NCBI GenBank assembly: GCA_002269645.1
Contig: NIVC01000040.1
Location: forward strand, 1,240,001 to 1,304,000
Direction: 5' to 3'
DNA from: Macrostomum lignano
Taxonomy: Eukaryota
DNA: 64,000 bases
Both the position numbers and the translations under genes were made by a program. Below the pieces are notes generated by a model. That model had not been told where the DNA came from, made no database searches, and saw only the letters and a list, made by a program, of their open reading frames with translations. Positions 60,201-64,000 of the stretch are shown here, piece by piece. Position 1 is the first letter of the stretch. The number at the start of each line of letters is the position of its first letter.

Positions 60201-60958
60201 TTCTTCCATTCATTTTCATCCCTTTTCCAATCCCTCTCTCCTCCCTTCAAGGCCCTTCGTCTCCTGTCTACCTGTCTCTGACTTTCTCTCGCTCTGTTTT
60301 TTTTGGAAATTCAGCTTTTGCTATTTTCGTGAGCATTATCAAAAACTGTTGGGTAAATACAGACTAGAGGATTGACTGCCTGATTGACAGTTGGGCGTTA
60401 GCAGGCAACGGAAAACTAGAAACTGCAACAACTGCATGTAAGCGGCTGTAAAATGTAAAATTAGGAGAAATAGATTAGAAAGAGGCGTTTCCGTTTTATT
60501 TTAACCTTTTTAGTTGGCTTTTTTTCTGCACTGTCTTGGCTAAATATCTTCTAGAATATTCTGTAGGTTATTGTTATTATCATGCTACTCTACTATTGTT
60601 ATAGTTAGTTCGATTCTAATTCTATATCATCCTAATTGATGTATTGTTGATGGTCGCTTTCCAGATGGCTCTCTTTAAGTAACTGTAACTTATGCTATGT
60701 ATTTATATAGTGATAACGGCTGCGACTGGCTGCTTAACAGTGATAATTAAATTTCTTGTTAGTGAACTCGACAGACAGACAGACAGACAGGCAGGCAGAC
60801 AGGCAGACAGACAGGCAGGCAGACAGGCAGACAGACAGGCAGACAGACAGGCACACAGACAGACAGACGACAGGCAGGCAGGCAGACAGGCAGACAAGCA
60901 GACAGACAGACGATAGGCAGGCAGACAGGCAGACAGGCAGGCAGACAGACAGGCAGGC

Positions 60959-60997
<39 letters not shown>

Positions 60998-62579
60998 TAC
61001 ACAGACAGACGACAGGCAGGCAGACAGCAGACAGACAACAGACAGACAGCAAACAGGCATGTTCAATGCCGATAATCCTAGGCATTATTGGCGCACTTTT
61101 AACCCGAGATTTATCTAAATGAATTTGCTTGCTTTCAAGCTGACCGTCTTTAAGAACTAAAGCCTGCTTAAACTATGAGAAGAATAATATATAAACTGTC
61201 GACAAGAGCACAAAACGGGCCGATTGCATTCTTTGAGTTTTTTATCAGCTTTGCCCGGATTAAAAGTCAGCTTGCTGCAATGCGAGCTCTCGTCTGTAGT
61301 CTCAATTGTCTGGCTTAGCACTTTAGCACGTTGGAATTGGCGCGCCCTTATTTTTTTACAGTAATCATGTGATATCACTAAGTAATGCTCTTGTCACTAT
61401 TTTTTGTGTCATATTTTTTTCAGAGATTTTCGGGCGAGTTTTAGCTGCCAAAAGTTACTGTTAAGATTCTCTATTGTAATTTTCTACCGGAATTCCCCAG
61501 TGTACCTTTCATTGGGATTCCATATTGAAATTTTTAGGGATTCCGCGTTGTGTACTTTTGTCCGAGTTCCTTAGTGTACTTTTCCAATGTACTTTTCGTT
61601 GGCTGATTTCCTTGGTTACTCTTTAGTGGTATTCCCTAGTGTACTTTTTGGGGATTCCCTTGTATGTTTCATTGTGATTACAAAATGTAACTCTTCATTG
61701 GGATTTCGGAGTGTACTTTTTATTGAGAATTTCGAGTGTACTTTTCGTTGGGATTTCAAAGTGTACTTTTAATTGGGATTCCCGATGTTTTACCTTCTGT
61801 CAGGATTCCTTAGTGTACTTTTATCACATGTTTTATATATTTTTACCATTAGGATTCTCCTATGAAGTTTTCAGGGGATTCCCAGTTTTGCTTACTTAAA
61901 TCAAAACACTACCCTCCATCCCCTCCCAGTCTCCTCCTGAACTTCATCGCCGATCTGCATCGAGTCTACTGCGATCTGCACTTCACCTATTTGGAGGTGA
62001 ATCCCCTGGTAGTTCGCGCCGGCCGCATTCACATCCTTGACTTGGCCGCCCGTCTAGACCAATGCGCCGAGTACCTGTGCAAATCCGCCTGGGGCAGCAA
62101 CGTCGACTTCCCGCCGCCATTCGGTCGAGAAGCCTTCCCCGAGGAGGCCTACATCGCCGAACTGGATGCCAGATCTGGGGCCTCGCTGAAACTGACTGTG
62201 CTGAATCCCGAGGGCCGTGTCTGGACTATGGTTGCCGGGGGCGGCGCATCCGTGATCTACGCCGACACCGTGTGTGACATGGGCTCGGCTAGCGAGTTGG
62301 CCAACTATGGCGAGTATTCGGGCGCGCCAACAGAGGAGCAGACTTACGAATACGCCAAAACTCTGCTGTCGTTGATGACTCGCACTGTCCGGCCAGATGG
62401 TAAAGTTCTCATCATCGGCGGCGGCATCGCTAATTTCACTAACGTTGCCGCCACGTTTAAAGGCATCGTGCGCGCTCTGCGTCAGTACCAAGCTCAGCTA
62501 GTGAAGTGCGGCGCTGAAATCTTTGTGCGCAGAGCCGGGCCTAACTATCAGGAGGGACTGCGTGTTATGCGCGAATTGG
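55522..62579 (+). CDS. ACLY: ATP-citrate synthase (ATP-citrate lyase), 5' part; exons 55522-55674, 55763-55885, 57571-57633, 57707-57805, 57913-58004, 61930-62579; continues beyond the window
   Basis: [117 protein letters not shown]. All introns are GT-AG with consistent phases. Confidence 0.97.
56060..56645. repeat. Compound minisatellite in ACLY intron 2 (about 34-bp units shifting to 21-bp units)
   Basis: GTCTGTCACTCCCTAACTGCTCCCTGTGTTTA-type units, then TGTCACTCTCTAGCTGCTCCA units. Confidence 0.9.
57168..57232. repeat. (TC)n microsatellite
   Basis: Pure TC run. Confidence 0.95.
58100..58870. repeat. Pyrimidine-rich TCTACCTCTC-based minisatellite (60-bp higher-order unit)
   Basis: Lines 58141-58380 repeat with a 60-bp period. 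Confidence 0.9.
59570..60250. repeat. Pyrimidine-rich CTTCCGCCCCTAC-type repeat
   Basis: Degenerate tandem units. Confidence 0.8.
60770..61050. repeat. (CAGA/CAGG)n tetranucleotide microsatellite
   Basis: GACA/GGCA tetramer run. Confidence 0.95.
61480..61890. repeat. Degenerate GGATTCC..GTGTACTTTT minisatellite 5' of ACLY exon 6
   Basis: Same motif family as 62600-63700, but more decayed. Confidence 0.7.
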
Positions 62580-62599
62580 GTGAGAATGCCACTTTCATC

Positions 62600-63700
62600 A
62601 TTATTGCTGTGGATTCCCTGTGTACTTTTGTCGGATTCCCGATGTACTTTTGTAGGATTCCCTGTGTAATTTTGTAGAATCCCCTGTACCTTTGTAGGAT
62701 TCCCTGTGTACTTTTGTAGGATTCCCTGTACGTTTGTAGGATTCCCTGTGCACTTTTGTAGGATTCCCTGTGTATTTTTGTAGTATTCCCTGTGTACTCG
62801 GGATTCTCTGTGTAGCTACTTTTGTAGGATACCCTATGTAATTTTGTAGGATTCCCTGTGTACTTTTGTAGAATTCCCTGTGTACTTTTGTAGGATTCCC
62901 TGTGTTCTTTTGTAGGATTCCCTGTGTACTTTTGTCGGATTCCCAATGTACTTTTGTAGGATTCCCTGTGTAATTTTGTAGGATTCCCTGTACTTTTGTA
63001 GGATTCCCTGTGTACTTTTGTAGGATTCCTTGTACGTTTGTAGGATTCCCTGTGCACTTTTGTAGGATTCCCTGTGTATTTTTGTAGTATTCCCTGTGTA
63101 CTCGGGATTCTCTGTGTAGCTACTTTTGTAGGATACCCTATGTACTTTTGTAGGATTCCCTGTGTACTTTTGTAGGATTCCATGCGTACTTTTGTAGGGT
63201 TCCCTGTGTACTTTTGTAGGATTACCTGAGTACTTTTATAGAGATTCCCTCTGTACTTTTGAAGGATTCCCAATATATTTTTTGTAGGATTCGTAAGTAC
63301 CTTTGTAGGATTCCCTGTTTACTTTTGTTGGAGGAATAGTTTTAGAGGATTCCCTGCGCAATTTTGTTATCGGTTTTACTGTGTGTCCTTCTAGGATTCG
63401 CTATGTACTTTATAGGATTTCCTATGTACTATTGTATTTTCGTAGGATTCTATGTACTTTTGGAGGATTCCGTGTGTACTTTTGTACAATTCCCCAGTTT
63501 TATTTTGTATGATTCCCTAACTACTTTTGTTGGATTCCCTATGTAGTTTTGTAGGATGCCCTATGTACTCTTGTAAGATTCCCTAATTACTCTTGTATGA
63601 TTCTGATTCCTATGTACTTTTAGAGGATGAATTTTTTAGTATATGGATGTTCGTACATTTGTACGATTCCTTATGTACCGTTCTGGGATTCCCAGCGTTT
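62600..63700. repeat. 22-bp minisatellite 3' of ACLY exon 6
   Basis: Unit GGATTCCCTGTGTACTTTTGTA. Confidence 0.9.
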
Positions 63701-63739
63701 TTATTAGAGTCAGAGGGCCTGTGGGGCCTGTGCCTGCTA

Positions 63740-64000
63740 AGGGGAGTCGGCGGAATGGGCAGCAATGCCTCTCGCCGGTTGTGTGACAATTTCGCTTAAA
63801 GTGTGCCACGGAGCGCCTGTACGTACGCAGTCATACGTACATGGAACACACTCACACAGGAGTGTACAACGGCCCTGCCTATTTATCGTTAGGCTTTTAA
63901 AATTCACTGTGCCTTGAGGTTGGCCCTTAAGGGCGTTAATTGCACAAGCAGAGCCAAGCAGAGATTCAAATTCAGCCCCAAATTATTGCGGCTGCACTTG
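63740..64000. repeat. Dispersed repeat related to 48248-48330 and 51130-51330
   Basis: The reverse complement of 63840-64000 matches 48248-48330 joined to 51130-51215. 63745-63810 matches 51250-51315 in direct orientation. Confidence 0.7.

Noticed and set aside
61862-62677. ACLY ORF as a standalone 271-aa gene
   Set aside because: It is exon 6 (61930-62579) with read-through into intron sequence on both sides.
58012-63273. Repetitive ORFs of 200-292 aa in ACLY introns
   Set aside because: They are translations of minisatellites.

Overview
Repeat-dense animal genomic DNA with spliceosomal GT-AG introns. The GC-rich, poly-Ala-rich coding style and the TE mix suggest a macrostomid flatworm, but that is inference only. 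Host genes: a complete 3-exon ANKLE2/LEM4 orthologue (31171-34942, +), the first six coding exons of ATP-citrate lyase (ACLY, 55522-62579, +, continuing beyond the window), and the 3' part of a small WSC-domain gene (about 5699-6626, +). The rest is nested mobile DNA. LTR elements: a recent Ty3/Gypsy element (38295-46422, -, identical 320-bp LTRs, ATTT TSD) carrying a hAT MITE in pol and a probable solo LTR inside its 5' LTR; an internally deleted Mag-type Gypsy (about 13906-19026) split by a CMC/EnSpm-like foldback element; and a 2.2-kb solo LTR. DNA elements: a non-autonomous MULE with a PHD ORF, plus Kolobok-, hAT- and foldback-type MITEs. Non-LTR elements: LINE fragments, tRNA-Met-derived CORE-type SINEs and two Penelope-like elements (PLEs). 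Many micro- and minisatellites are interspersed. Most notable: three minimal hammerhead ribozymes on the minus strand tied to the PLEs (one PLE's ORF stops right after the RT thumb with no C-terminal endonuclease), and a clear -1 ribosomal frameshift signal at the Gypsy gag-pol junction. No database searches or folding programs were run; family assignments rest on recalled motifs.
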